Position numbers and translations under genes: made by a program
Notes under the pieces: model-generated
Told to the model about the DNA's origin: nothing
The model's input: only the letters and a program-made list of their open reading frames with translations
Databases searched by the model: none
From: Terriglobia bacterium
Lineage (GTDB): Bacteria > Acidobacteriota > Terriglobia > JAJPHL01 > JAPKYU01
Reading direction: 5' to 3'
Assembly (NCBI GenBank): GCA_965206645.1
Contig: CBDBKE010000004.1
Span: forward strand, 192,001-256,000
DNA length: 64,000 nucleotides
In this document: one piece after another, positions 1 to 10,232 of the stretch
How positions within the stretch are numbered: position 1 is the first letter of the stretch
Layout of the letters: each line of letters starts with the position of its first letter

Positions 1-419
1 CCGTAGTTGCCCTGGGCACGGTAAAGCTCCGCCAGGTTGTTCAGGCTCGTGGCTACGTTGGGGTGCTCCGGCCCCAGAACCTTCTCCCGCATCGCCAGCG
101 CGCGCTTCAACAGCGGTTCGGCTTCCCCGTACTTGCCCTGGGCATGATACAGCCCCGCCAGGTTGTTCAGGCTCGTGGCCACGCGCGGATCCTCTGGCCT
201 AAAAGCTTCCGCTTCCTTGAGGGCAGCTTTGAGCTGCTTTTCGGCCTCGGCGTAACGGCCTTCCCGATAGGCCTTAGTAGCTGCCTCCATGTAGGTCTCC
301 CAGTCCGGCGCCTGTGCCGAGGCGAAGTCTCCCGCGAAGGCCCACAAGGCGAGCGACAGCAAACCCACCAGCAACCAAGCATTGTCCTTGCCGGCCATTG
401 CGATCACTCTTCTCGTCAT
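1..419 (-). CDS. Tetratricopeptide repeat protein (kinesin-light-chain-type TPR), N-terminal part; runs off the window start
   Basis: Manual minus-strand translation from ATG at 419: signal-like segment (WLLVGLLSLALWAFAG) then repeats VATSLNNLAGLYHAQGKYGEAEPLLKRALAMREKVLGPEHPNVATSLNNLAELYRAQGNY; missing from the ORF track because there is no stop in the window. Confidence 0.85.
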   Translation of the reverse strand, partial: MTRRVIAMAGKDNAWLLVGLLSLALWAFAGDFASAQAPDWETYMEAATKAYREGRYAEAEKQLKAALKEAEAFRPEDPRVATSLNNLAGLYHAQGKYGEAEPLLKRALAMREKVLGPEHPNVATSLNNLAELYRAQGNY

Positions 420-723
420 CGGGCCTTACTTGCGGAAGCAAGCGCGAACAGATTTCGGGTCCCTACGGCCAATTTGCTCCTCAGAACTACTCCTCAGGAC
501 TACTATGGAGGAGCTGTTGGCAAAGGACAACAGGTCAGGAATCCCGGCTGAAAGACCTGCTTTGCAGATAGCCTATTTCTGTTCCATTTCTCGAGGTTAT
601 CTCTGTCAGGTTATCTTGATCGGGTTATCTTGGGCGTGCTTGGCCCGGATGGCCCGAGTGTGGGCCAGGCCCTTTGCTAGTTCGTCGCTTTCGGCAGGAA
701 GACCAAGTCATTCGCCTCTTCGT

Positions 724-2157
724 TCAGGCCAGCATCTTTTGCACGACAGTACCGCCAACGTCGGTGAGTCGGAAGTCGCGGCCCATATGACGATAGGTGA
801 GCTTGGTGTGGTCGAAGCCCAGGCAGTGGAGCATTGTGGCGTGCAGATCGTTGATGTGAACAGGGTCTTCGACGATGTTCAGGCCTAGTTCATCGCCTTC
901 GCCGACGATCTGGCCACCCTTGATCCCTCCGCCGGCAGCCAAGATCGTGAAGCAATCCGGGTGGTGATCGCGGCCTTGGTCGCCGGGTCGGGTGGTTTGA
1001 CTCATAGGCGTGCGGCCGAACTCACCACCCCAAACGATGAGGGTGCTGTCGAACAGCCCTCGTTGCTTGAGATCCTTGATCAGGGCCGCTGCAGGCTGGT
1101 CGGTAATCTGGCAATTCTTGGTCAGATTCTTGTTCAAATTATCGTGATCATCCCAGCTGGTGTGAACCAGCATCACGAAGCGAACCCCTCGCTCGACCAT
1201 GCGCCTCGCCAGCAGACAGTTGGTGGCATACGGTTTTGTGACCTCCTGGTTGACCCCGTACATATCGAGAATGTGCTGCGGCTCGTTGGAAAAATCCAGC
1301 AACTCCGGAGCCGAAGCCTGCATTCGAAAGGCTAATTCATAGGACGCGATCCGCGAGGCAATTTCAACGTTGCCGGTTTCCTCCTGGTGGATTTGGTTGA
1401 GATCCCGGAGTGCATCCAGTCCGGCGCGTTGTGTCTGGGGGCTCACTCCAGGTGGGTTCGAAAGGTAGAGGATGGGATCGCCGCTGCGGCGGAAAGGCAC
1501 ACCCTGATACGTCGAGGGCATAAATCCACTGGACCAATTGATTGCGCCGGCGCTCAAGCTTTTTCCCGAGCCAAGAACCACGAACGCGGGTAGATCTCGC
1601 GACTCATTACCCAGGCCGTAGACCGTCCACGCGCCGATGCTGGGCCGGCCGGCGAGTTGAAATCCGGTCATGAGCAGCGTTTCCCCCGGGGTATGATTGA
1701 ACGCCTCGGTGTGCATGGATCGGACCATACAAAAGTCGTCCGCGTGAGTGGCAAGGTTCGGCAGCAAATCGGAAAACTGCATCCCGCTCTGGCCATGACG
1801 TTTGAATTTCCGCGGACTGGCCCAAATCTTGGCAGTGGGCTTGATGAAGGCCAGCTTCAAGTCTTTCGTCATCGATGGCGGAAGGGGTTTTCCGTCCCAC
1901 TTTTGCAATCCGGGCTTGGGATCAAATAGATCCACCTGGCTGGGCGCACCGGCCTGGAACATGAAGATGACATTCTTTGCTGTGCCGGGGAAATGCGGCG
2001 GCTTGGGGACCAGACGGTCCAGGCGGGGCGCTTCGCTGGCCGCCGTCAGCCCATGGTCGGTCAGTAGATTTCCGAGGGCGATCATGCCCAGGCCCCCAGC
2101 GCAATCTCGAAGAAACCGGCGGCGTGTGTCGATTCGGAAAAACTTTTCAGGAGTCAT
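724..2157 (-). CDS. DUF1501 domain-containing protein (Tat-exported, sulfatase-like fold)
   Basis: TRRRFL Tat motif, GAPSQVDLFDPKP, WDDH, WGGEFGRTP, GRDHHP, GRDFRLTDV motifs; start moved to MTPEKFF, 3 bp after the upstream stop. Confidence 0.9.
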   Translation of the reverse strand: MTPEKFFRIDTRRRFLRDCAGGLGMIALGNLLTDHGLTAASEAPRLDRLVPKPPHFPGTAKNVIFMFQAGAPSQVDLFDPKPGLQKWDGKPLPPSMTKDLKLAFIKPTAKIWASPRKFKRHGQSGMQFSDLLPNLATHADDFCMVRSMHTEAFNHTPGETLLMTGFQLAGRPSIGAWTVYGLGNESRDLPAFVVLGSGKSLSAGAINWSSGFMPSTYQGVPFRRSGDPILYLSNPPGVSPQTQRAGLDALRDLNQIHQEETGNVEIASRIASYELAFRMQASAPELLDFSNEPQHILDMYGVNQEVTKPYATNCLLARRMVERGVRFVMLVHTSWDDHDNLNKNLTKNCQITDQPAAALIKDLKQRGLFDSTLIVWGGEFGRTPMSQTTRPGDQGRDHHPDCFTILAAGGGIKGGQIVGEGDELGLNIVEDPVHINDLHATMLHCLGFDHTKLTYRHMGRDFRLTDVGGTVVQKMLA

Positions 2158-2159
2158 GG

Positions 2160-4748
2160 CTACTCTCTCGTCAAGAATTCGTCCAGATTCAGCAGCACTC
2201 GGCTGAGGCCGACCCAGGCCGCCGCTTCTGTTTGATCTGTCCCGTCCATATCCCAAGGCAGCAACTCGGTTACGGATTCGGGTTCCTTTTCGAGGATTGC
2301 TTTCTGTCGAGTGAGATACGACAGCATCACTTCCGACTCATTTGCGGACGGCGGCCGGGCCAGGCACAACCGGAAGCCATAGTCCAGCCGGTCGTGAAAC
2401 GAGGCGGCGGGCAGTTCCTTCAGAATCCGAAGCGCCAGAAACTGCGCGGCTTCGAAAAACACGGGATCGTTCAGCAGGTTCAGCGCCTGTAAGGGGGTAT
2501 TGGAGCGTTCCCGGCGGCAAGCAGCCGTGGTCGCGTCGGGTGCGTCAAAATTCTGAAGCAAAGGATAGGGCGAAGTGCGCAGGAAGTGAATGTAGAGGCC
2601 GCGCCTGTAGAGATCTTTGCCGCGACTCTCTTCCCAAACCGGATCATAGCCCAGTTTGAGCTCGAGTACGGAGTCAGGCTGCGGCGGGAAAACGTTCCGG
2701 CCACCCACCGCCGGATACAACAAGCCACTCGCCGCGAGGGTGGAGTCCCGCAACAGTTCCGCCGGGAGGCGAAACGTAGTCTGCCGGGCGAGCAAGCGGT
2801 TGCCGGGGTCCCGCTCCGTCAGCTCAGGTCGCGCTTTCGAAGATCGCCGGTAGGTGGCCGACGTCACAACCAACCTGTGGATTCGCTTCATACTCCAGCC
2901 GCTATCCATAAACTCCGACGCCAGCCAATCGAGCAACTCGGGGTGGGCAGGCTTCTCGCCCTGGGTCCCAAAGTTGTCCGAGGTCGTCACCAGGCCCTGC
3001 CCAAAATACTCCTGCCAGATACGGTTCACGATGACCCGAGCTGTCAGCGGGTTTTCCCGCGAGACGATCCAGTGGGCCAAATCCAGGCGCGAAGCTTCCG
3101 GACCTGCCGGGGAAAACGGATGCAACACGCCAAGCGTGCCCGGGCTCACCTCGACCCCCTTCGCGAGGTAGCTTCCACGCACGTGAATGTGATTTGTCCG
3201 GGACTCTGGGCTTTGGGTGATCGTTTGCGCCATGCTGATATTTGGGAAGGAGGCTCGTAGCGCGAGCAACTCTTTGTTCCATTCAGGGAATCCTCGCTCC
3301 TTATAAGCCTCCTTTCCAATCACCTGGTGATAATACTTGAGGAGGTGATTGGTGACCGCGTCCTGCTGTTGACGGTTGCGCTGCGCGGCGGGGATCCTGA
3401 GGAACCTCAGGCCGTGATCGACCTTCTTCTCAAAATTCTCATAAACCTCGTCCCAGATGGTCCACTTACCGGGGTTCTCGTAGGCGGCAATCAGGCGCCG
3501 CTCCCACTCCGGCTGGATCTCGGTCACACCGTACTTCTCGAGCAGTTCGTCACGCTTGCGGTGGTACTCGTCCCGATGTTTCAAGTAAGGACCCCACTCA
3601 CCTGGCAAGGGGGCTTCGACGTCGCGCTCTTCCGCCGTATTGAAGAAGGCAAAGAGCTGGTAATACTCCTTCTGGCTGATCGGGTCGTACTTGTGGTTGT
3701 GGCACTGGGCGCAGGCGACCGTCAGTCCGAGCCAGACCGTCCCCAGACTGTTCGCGCGATCGACAATCTTCTCGAAGCGAAACTCCTCTAACTTCGCCCC
3801 GCTCTCGCGATTGGAGAGCGTGTTGCGAAAGAAACCGGTAGCCGCTTTTTGGTCGGGTGTGGCGTTGGGCAGCAAGTCCCCGGCGATCTGTTCGACTGTG
3901 AACTCGTCGAACGGCATGTCGCGATTCAGCGCCTCGATGACCCAGTGCCGCCAGCGCCAAGCATGCGGCCGAGGCAGGTCGCGATCGTAACCGTCGCTGT
4001 CGGCATAGTGTGCTTGGTCGAGCCAGTGCCGCGCCCATTTTTCTCCGAAGTGCGGCGACCGCAGACGATCCTCCACGAGACGCTCGTACGCATTCCGGCC
4101 CTTGTCGGCCAGGAACTCGTCCACCTCGTCGGGCGAGGGCGGCAACCCGATCAGATCCAGGCTAAGGCGCCGAATGAGTGTGCGTTTGTCGGCTTCCGGC
4201 GATGGCTGGATTCCCTTGTCCTTGAGCCGGGCAAGAATAAACGCGTCGATCGGGTTGGGTACCCCTTCCGAGCTTCGGGTGGCTGGAACAGGGGGCCTGC
4301 GAATCGGCTGTAACGACCAGTGCGTCGAACCGCCATCGGCTTCCTGGTCGGCCGCCGCCGCTGTTTCCTCCTGCGGCCAGGGCGCTCCTTGGTCAATCCA
4401 CGCCCGGAGAGTGGCAATCTCATCCGCTGTCAGGCGCTCGCCCACGGGCGGCATGGGCGACTTGTCGGCCTGTCCCGTAACTCTCAGGATTAACTCGCTG
4501 GCATTGCTGTTCCCGGCTTGGAGGAGTGGGCCGGATTCACCGCCGCGCAGCGCGTCCTGGCGACGGTCGAGCCGCAGCCCGTGCATTTGCTGCTTGGAGC
4601 CGTGGCACAAGTAACAGCGAGACCGGAAGAGCGGCTCAATGTCACGACGGAAATCGACCTCCGCCGCATCTGCCCACGCCAGGCTCAGAAGCGGACAGAG
4701 GCCGGCAAGCACCAAGCCACGAAGAACTGCTCGGGGCCTAAAGTACAT
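2160..4748 (-). CDS. Planctomycete cytochrome c / DUF1549 / DUF1553 (PSCyt1-PSCyt2-PSD1) protein
   Basis: CYLCH and CAQCHNHKYDP heme-type motifs, NPIDAFI, RRLSLDLIGLPP, NPLTARVIVNRIWQ, HPELLDWLA, NTPLQALNLLN. Confidence 0.9.
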   Translation of the reverse strand: MYFRPRAVLRGLVLAGLCPLLSLAWADAAEVDFRRDIEPLFRSRCYLCHGSKQQMHGLRLDRRQDALRGGESGPLLQAGNSNASELILRVTGQADKSPMPPVGERLTADEIATLRAWIDQGAPWPQEETAAAADQEADGGSTHWSLQPIRRPPVPATRSSEGVPNPIDAFILARLKDKGIQPSPEADKRTLIRRLSLDLIGLPPSPDEVDEFLADKGRNAYERLVEDRLRSPHFGEKWARHWLDQAHYADSDGYDRDLPRPHAWRWRHWVIEALNRDMPFDEFTVEQIAGDLLPNATPDQKAATGFFRNTLSNRESGAKLEEFRFEKIVDRANSLGTVWLGLTVACAQCHNHKYDPISQKEYYQLFAFFNTAEERDVEAPLPGEWGPYLKHRDEYHRKRDELLEKYGVTEIQPEWERRLIAAYENPGKWTIWDEVYENFEKKVDHGLRFLRIPAAQRNRQQQDAVTNHLLKYYHQVIGKEAYKERGFPEWNKELLALRASFPNISMAQTITQSPESRTNHIHVRGSYLAKGVEVSPGTLGVLHPFSPAGPEASRLDLAHWIVSRENPLTARVIVNRIWQEYFGQGLVTTSDNFGTQGEKPAHPELLDWLASEFMDSGWSMKRIHRLVVTSATYRRSSKARPELTERDPGNRLLARQTTFRLPAELLRDSTLAASGLLYPAVGGRNVFPPQPDSVLELKLGYDPVWEESRGKDLYRRGLYIHFLRTSPYPLLQNFDAPDATTAACRRERSNTPLQALNLLNDPVFFEAAQFLALRILKELPAASFHDRLDYGFRLCLARPPSANESEVMLSYLTRQKAILEKEPESVTELLPWDMDGTDQTEAAAWVGLSRVLLNLDEFLTRE

Positions 4749-4824
4749 CGTTTCTCCTAATTTGCTTTCGCACGGCCCGCCACCCTGCGCGTTCCTGATG
4801 TCTCCTCCATGGCGAGCGTCTCTA

Positions 4825-5040
4825 GAGGGAATTTCAGGTTTGAGTTCCCTCTCTGCTCAAAAGCATACACCAGCCACCCTGTCGGTTCAAGCTCATATCG
4901 CCACTTGTGCACCCTTAGCACTGATGGGGCAGTGCGATTGCCCTCTCGCTTGTTGCGCTAGCCGTCCGGCAGGGGCCATGCGCGATCATTCTCAGCATGC
5001 TTTCGAGCAACCTCGGGCTCAGGTGCTCTTCAGCCAGTAA
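4825..5040 (-). mobile_element. Remnant right end of a second, diverged IS1380-family element (last transposase codons plus IR)
   Basis: 4956-5040 aligns with the transposase 3' end at 5528-5613 ([19 protein letters not shown] vs LLAEGHLSRRLFSSMLRTI); 4827-4890 (ggaatttc..tttgag..accctgtcg..tcaa) aligns with the IS end at 5308-5370. Confidence 0.7.
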
Positions 5041-5078
5041 TCCGAGAAAGTCCCGTTGGCGGCTGGTCCGATTCTTCA

Positions 5079-5267
5079 TTGGAGATGGTCTTTATCCGCG
5101 CGCCCATCATTGAACGGGTTGGGCCGGGAGTTCAGGTGCTGGCTGAATGCCGGGGTTCGGCGGTGCTGGTGCGCCAACAGTACCTGTTGGCCGCTACGTT
5201 CCACCCGGAATTGACCCCCGACCCTCGCCTCCATCAATATTTCCTCACCATGGTCGAGGGGCGCTGA
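5079..5267 (+). pseudogene. pdxT: C-terminal fragment of pyridoxal 5'-phosphate synthase glutaminase subunit
   Basis: VFIRAP and TFHPELT.D.R.H.YFL motifs; the N-terminal two thirds, including the catalytic Cys, are absent. Confidence 0.8.
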
Positions 5268-5305
5268 AGCGAGGCGGCGCAGCCGCGGGAATCACCTCAA
5301 TTAAA

Positions 5306-6964
5306 CCGGAATTTCCATTTTGAGCTTCCCCTTCACCCGAAAACCTATGCCTCTTACCCTGTCGTGTCAATCGCAAATCGCCCGGGCCTCTTTGAGGTGG
5401 TAGTGCGGCACATTTTGGCTGTTCTTCGGAGTCGCTGTGCGGGTTTCGCCTGCCCAGCCTGCCTCGCCGCTGACACTTGTCCGGCCCGACCACTTCTGAG
5501 CACCTAAAATTACCCTCTCTCCTGGGTCGCTAGCCGTCTGGCAGCGGCAGTGCCGAGATCGTTCGCAGCATGCTGCTGAACAGCCTCCGGCTCAAGTGCC
5601 CTTCGGCCAGCAAAAGCCAGTAATATCGCGCATGTTTCACCAGCCGTCCTCCCGTTTTCACCAGCCGCTGCTGCAAACTCGTCAGCGACCAGTTGTTGAT
5701 CCTCTTCGGTAGCACCAGCCGCCGCCACAGGTTTCCCAAGTTGTAGGCGATCAGGCTCAGCCATAGGCGCACCTCGTTCGACCGAAACCGATGGCAACTC
5801 AGCCGGGTCATCTTTACCGCCTGCTTGCCTTCCTTGATCCATTGCTCTGCGGTGCCCCGCTTGTTGTAGAACCGGACCACCGCCCGGCTGTCGGTCTCCA
5901 GATTGGTGACGATGAACCCCACGCGAGGGAACAGTTCGCCAAAGTGGAACTCCACCTTCGCCACCACCCGCCGCGCCTTTTTCCAACTGGCTGCCTGGTA
6001 GAGAAAGCTCTTGTACCAGACCACCGGCTTGTGGCTCGGTCGCCCCACTGACCGCGTCAACAACTCCGCGATGTCCCTCTCCAGACTGTCGTTGGCCGGG
6101 ATGCGAATCGCATACTTCACGTCCCGCTCCTCCAGTGCGTCGTAGATCTCCGGCTTGGCGAAGGCGGCGTCGGCGCGAAACACCACTTCCTTGCCCAGCT
6201 TCTGCTGCCGTTCGATCTCTGGCAGGAGAAGTTCTTCCCAATCCTCGGCGCTGTGCACGTTGCCGGGTCGCAGCTTGGCCGCCAGACAGTCACCCTCGCG
6301 ACTGAACAGCAACAACGGGTGATAGCAACTCGACTCGAAATGCCCGTTGTAGGCGCTCTGCTCCTGTTCGCCGTAGACCGGGATCTCGGTGCTGTCCATG
6401 TCCAGCACCACCCGGCGCGGCGCATCCATAGCTTCCGCCCTGGCGATCAAATCCCGGTTGATCGCTGCCAAACCAGCAAGGTTCTCGTCTTGCGTCAGCA
6501 GTTCTGTCTCGAACGACTGTAACCGGGAAGTCAGGGCTGCGCCACGTTCCCAGATCTTCTCCGAACCGATCAGCCGGAACGTCGGATCTTGGGAAAGCCG
6601 CTCGGCGTCGTTGACGTCTTCGTATCCTGCCAAGCGGCTGTAGATGGACTGCCGCAGCAAGTCAGCGAGGGGCAACCGGGTGTTCTTCCCCCGAGAGTCG
6701 ATCAAGTGCTGTTCGATAAGTTCGCCAAACCCCAAACGTTCGTCCAACTCGCGCACCACAATCAGACCGCCGTCGGAAGTGATTCGCGATCCCTGAAATG
6801 TGACCCGCAGAAACCGGTTGAATGACAGTTGAAACGCCTGTTTTTGGCTCTCACCCATTCGGTGTACACCTCCGGAAGGCAATGTTGATGCTGGAACCCG
6901 CATCAATACTGACGTTGGAGTCATTCAGAAGGTTGCCGCCGATAGTTCATAAAGGAAATCCGGG
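5306..6964 (-). mobile_element. IS1380-family insertion sequence (~1.66 kb)
   Basis: Imperfect terminal IRs CCGGAATTTCCATTTTGAGCT (5306-5326) and reverse complement of 6944-6964, CCCGGATTTCCTTTATGAACT (16/21); AT-rich flanks; no clear target duplication. Confidence 0.85.
5530..6858 (-). CDS. IS1380-family DDE transposase
   Basis: ITSDGGL, GYEDVNDA, LDMDST, YGEQE..YNGH, FRADAAF, FYNKRGTAEQWIKEGK motifs. Confidence 0.93.
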   Translation of the reverse strand: MGESQKQAFQLSFNRFLRVTFQGSRITSDGGLIVVRELDERLGFGELIEQHLIDSRGKNTRLPLADLLRQSIYSRLAGYEDVNDAERLSQDPTFRLIGSEKIWERGAALTSRLQSFETELLTQDENLAGLAAINRDLIARAEAMDAPRRVVLDMDSTEIPVYGEQEQSAYNGHFESSCYHPLLLFSREGDCLAAKLRPGNVHSAEDWEELLLPEIERQQKLGKEVVFRADAAFAKPEIYDALEERDVKYAIRIPANDSLERDIAELLTRSVGRPSHKPVVWYKSFLYQAASWKKARRVVAKVEFHFGELFPRVGFIVTNLETDSRAVVRFYNKRGTAEQWIKEGKQAVKMTRLSCHRFRSNEVRLWLSLIAYNLGNLWRRLVLPKRINNWSLTSLQQRLVKTGGRLVKHARYYWLLLAEGHLSRRLFSSMLRTISALPLPDG

Positions 6965-7067
6965 GTAATAAGCCAGTAATGAGCGCTCCACTGGGACAAA
7001 GGGGTGTATATTCTCAACCGCCGGAGAGCCAGGAAGTCAATTCCGGCTAAAGGAAAGGGAGCAAATC

Positions 7068-8501
7068 GTGCAGAGATCCATACTTACTGCCACCGTCTTA
7101 TGCCTCCTATGGCTTCCTGTTGCAGCCACAGGTCAGGCAACCCGCGACACCGCAGCCTACCAACGAATCAAGGCATTTCTGGATACCGTGCCGATTATCG
7201 ACACCCACAATCACATCCGGCCGTTTGATCAGCTGCCTCCTTACGTCGAGACGGAACATGGCCGCGGCATCAACCTCTATGGCATTTGGGCACGTTCTTA
7301 CTACCAACTCTACCGGCGGCTCAGTCCGTGGAAGCCCGGTGAACCTTTTAAGGAGTGGTGGTCGCGAGCCAAGGGCGACTTTGATGAGGCGCGGGCTTTG
7401 AGCCAATATCGCTACATGCTCCCCGCATTCCAGGATCTCTATGGCATCGACTTCAACACCATCACGGACGAACAAGCAGCTTCGCTGGACCAGCGTATCT
7501 TTGAGAACTATCGTGACCAGAAGTGGCTGTACGAGGTCATCACCGAGCGGTCCAACATTGAATTGATGCTCAACGATCGCTATTGGGCGCCGCTTGATTT
7601 CAAGCTCTACCATCCGTTTGAGGTCATCATCTTCAGAGTGGGGTTTCTATTGAACGGATTCCACCCCTCTGAGTTCAAAGAACCGTCAGTTTCGTTCAGC
7701 CCGCCAACTTCTTCATCTGATCCCTACCACTTCGCCCGGGAGCAGGGACTTAAGGTGGAGTCACTGGACGACTATCTCCTGGTGGTGGATCGTGCCTTCC
7801 AAACCGCCAAGGAGCACGGAGCGGTCGGGCTGAAAGTACACACCCAGCGCAGCCTTCGCTTTGAAAATGTCGAGAAGGAGCGGGCGGCTCGCGTTTTCGG
7901 CCGGCCTCGAAAGGAGCTGTCGGCTGAGGAGATCAAGGACTTCGAGGATTTCATGATGTGGCGGCTGGTCGAGCTGAGCGCCAAATACGACCTGCCGTTT
8001 CAAATCCACACCGGGTACCACCTGCAGCCCTCGAACCCACTCTTGTTGGTTGACCTCATAAATGCCAATCCGCGGACCAAGTTCATCCTGTTCCACGGCG
8101 GCTACCCTTGGGTGAGCGAGACAGCGGCCATTGCCTTTCGTCGGATTCTTGCCGCCGCGCCGCATCCGTCGAATGTGTGGCTCGATTCCTGCTGGCTGCC
8201 GCTCATCAGCACCACGATGGCCAAGCGAGCGTTTCACGAGTGGCTCGATATTATTCCGTCGGATCGGATCATGTGGGGTGCTGACACCGAATACGCCGAG
8301 GGTGTCTACGCTTCGACGGAATTTAGCCTCCGCTGCTTGGCCGAGGTCCTGGCCGAAAAGGTCATTAACGGCCAGCTGCGCGAGAAGGACGCGCGCAGGA
8401 TCGGCCGCAACATCCTGCGCGACAACGCCCTGAAACTGTTTCCCCAGCTCAAAGAACGACTTTGGAAGCACAAAGGCCCGCTGCTCGTGAAACACGAGTG
8501 A
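7068..8501 (+). CDS. Exported amidohydrolase family protein
   Basis: Signal peptide; IDTHNH, QIHTG, LFHGGYPW, RIMWGAD metal-binding TIM-barrel motifs. Confidence 0.85.
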   Translation: MQRSILTATVLCLLWLPVAATGQATRDTAAYQRIKAFLDTVPIIDTHNHIRPFDQLPPYVETEHGRGINLYGIWARSYYQLYRRLSPWKPGEPFKEWWSRAKGDFDEARALSQYRYMLPAFQDLYGIDFNTITDEQAASLDQRIFENYRDQKWLYEVITERSNIELMLNDRYWAPLDFKLYHPFEVIIFRVGFLLNGFHPSEFKEPSVSFSPPTSSSDPYHFAREQGLKVESLDDYLLVVDRAFQTAKEHGAVGLKVHTQRSLRFENVEKERAARVFGRPRKELSAEEIKDFEDFMMWRLVELSAKYDLPFQIHTGYHLQPSNPLLLVDLINANPRTKFILFHGGYPWVSETAAIAFRRILAAAPHPSNVWLDSCWLPLISTTMAKRAFHEWLDIIPSDRIMWGADTEYAEGVYASTEFSLRCLAEVLAEKVINGQLREKDARRIGRNILRDNALKLFPQLKERLWKHKGPLLVKHE

Positions 8502-8703
8502 ACGGTGGCGGGTGGGGGCCAGTCAAAGACTGCTCCACAAACACATTCAGCCTTAGTTTCTAGCGGCCAGTGATTCTTCCTGAGCCCCATGGGCGCTTCA
8601 ATCCTCTTTCCACTCCCTTTGCTGGCCGGGGGAAGAGTGCCTTAGGCGTCACCCGGTGAAGGGGCACAAGTAGCAGCGCATGGCGGTACATTCAGCAGCA
8701 GCG

Positions 8704-9717
8704 ATGCGGGAAGCCGACTTATACCCGGCGCTGAAGCGGCACTTCGAGAGCCTAGGCTGTGTCGTGTATGCGGAGGTGCCAGCTCCGCACGGGGGTTATG
8801 TGGACCTGCTGGCGGTGCGTGAGCCGGTGACTGTGGCTGTGGAGTTGAAGCCCTGGTTTTCGCGCGGGGCAGTTCGCCAGGCTGGGCGCAACAAGCGCTA
8901 CGTTTGGGAATCCTACGTCGCAGTGCCGGAGGGCGCACGGATTCCGCCCCGAAGGCGGGCGGTGCTGAAGCGGCACGGGGCAGGCTTGCTGCTGGTGAAA
9001 GTGGGGCCGGCGACGGATGCGGACTCCGGAGTGCGCATGGGGATCGACGCCCGTCACCAGGCTCCAGCCTGCACAGTGCGAGAGGCCTTCGGATCACACC
9101 TGCGGGGGCAACTTGGGTTGGCTTACAGGGCGGCGGAGGGAGGTGTACCTACAAGCAAAAGAGTTAGTGCTTTCAATCTATTAGTGGGCGAGATTAAAGC
9201 ATCGCTTGAAGATCACGGCGGCTGTGCCAACACCGACCAGGTCCTGTCCGACACGCTTCCGTGGAATTACTTTCGCAGCCAGCGGGGTGGCTTGCAGTGG
9301 GTTCTGGCGCACAAGTTCCAGCCGCTGGGGCCTGACCTGTGGGAACTGAAAACAGACGCCGGAGGCCGCGCGGCAAAGCTCAATAGGCGGCGGCCAGTGG
9401 AGTACCCGCTGCCGCTCGAATCGCTGGTGCGCACACACTTACCGGATACCTACGTCTGCCTGCCCCCACCCAACATCCGGCCCCTGCCGGGCGATTATCT
9501 AAGTCTCCGGAAGAACGGGCGACAGCTGCGGCGGTCGCGAATCGTCTCCGCCAAGCAGCACGCCATCGTGGAGACGCCGCACAGAGAACTGCGCGCCGGG
9601 CCAGCCGTCTTCTTTCCTTGGCGTTGTCCCCGGCCCTGGCGCTGTCCCCGGGAAATGGAGCTGCCGGAGAAAACTTTGGTCCTGCGCCTGATCCCGGACA
9701 AGGATCGAGCGCGGTAG
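8704..9717 (+). CDS. Hypothetical protein with N-terminal PD-(D/E)xK nuclease-like (DUF2161/MmcB-like) domain
   Basis: MREADLYPALKRHF...AEV...VDLLAV...AVELK...RQA pattern; C-terminal ~200 aa not recognised. Confidence 0.65.
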   Translation: MREADLYPALKRHFESLGCVVYAEVPAPHGGYVDLLAVREPVTVAVELKPWFSRGAVRQAGRNKRYVWESYVAVPEGARIPPRRRAVLKRHGAGLLLVKVGPATDADSGVRMGIDARHQAPACTVREAFGSHLRGQLGLAYRAAEGGVPTSKRVSAFNLLVGEIKASLEDHGGCANTDQVLSDTLPWNYFRSQRGGLQWVLAHKFQPLGPDLWELKTDAGGRAAKLNRRRPVEYPLPLESLVRTHLPDTYVCLPPPNIRPLPGDYLSLRKNGRQLRRSRIVSAKQHAIVETPHRELRAGPAVFFPWRCPRPWRCPREMELPEKTLVLRLIPDKDRAR

Positions 9718-9791
9718 TGCTGGCAAGACGCTAAAATGGTCATCAGAGGGTGCTGCTCAGGTCGCTTCCACTGAAGAGCAGAGATGAAACG

Positions 9792-10232
9792 ATGAGTGTC
9801 TTCGCGGAACAGATTCGAATCAGCGTTCCCAAAGAGGCAGTTTGGGATGCTCTGGCAGATATAGGGTCCATACACGAGTGGAACCCTGGAGTTGTTTCTT
9901 CTCGAAAGACAACGACTGGAGAAACCGGAGTAGGCTCAGGGCGACATTGTGAGCTAGGCGGAAAGAATTATCTCGATGAAAAGGTGGTTGAGTGGAGGCC
10001 AGGTGAAGAGTTGACAATGCGAATTGTCGGGACAAACCTCCCGTTCAAGACAGCGGATATAAGATTCGTGCTCGAAGCCCAAGGCGAGGAGACAGCAGTC
10101 ACCGTGTCGCCGAGATACACGCTCAAATTTGGTCCATTGGGGAAGCTGCTCGATGCAGTCTTTGTACGGGCGTATTACAGGAGGGGAATGGTGAAGCTCC
10201 TACAGGGCCTGAAGCAGCATGTTGAAAGTTAG
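9792..10232 (+). CDS. SRPBCC (START/polyketide cyclase) family protein
   Basis: VWDALADIGSIHEWNPGV...GVGSGRHC...EKVVEWRPGE; 146 aa. Confidence 0.85.
   Translation: MSVFAEQIRISVPKEAVWDALADIGSIHEWNPGVVSSRKTTTGETGVGSGRHCELGGKNYLDEKVVEWRPGEELTMRIVGTNLPFKTADIRFVLEAQGEETAVTVSPRYTLKFGPLGKLLDAVFVRAYYRRGMVKLLQGLKQHVES

Noticed and set aside
63-888. Plus-strand ORFs 63-551 and 382-888
   Set aside because: Shadows of the minus-strand TPR gene and intergenic DNA; no recognisable motifs
8560-8590. Possible third copy of the palindromic motif at 18717/21560 (NHW-encoding on the minus strand)
   Set aside because: Similarity is limited to a few bases and the palindrome is not preserved
8628-8670. Glycine-riboswitch-like words (GGAAGAG...GAAGGGGCA), also near 44335-44382
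   Set aside because: The CTCTCAGG segment and the paired aptamer architecture are missing
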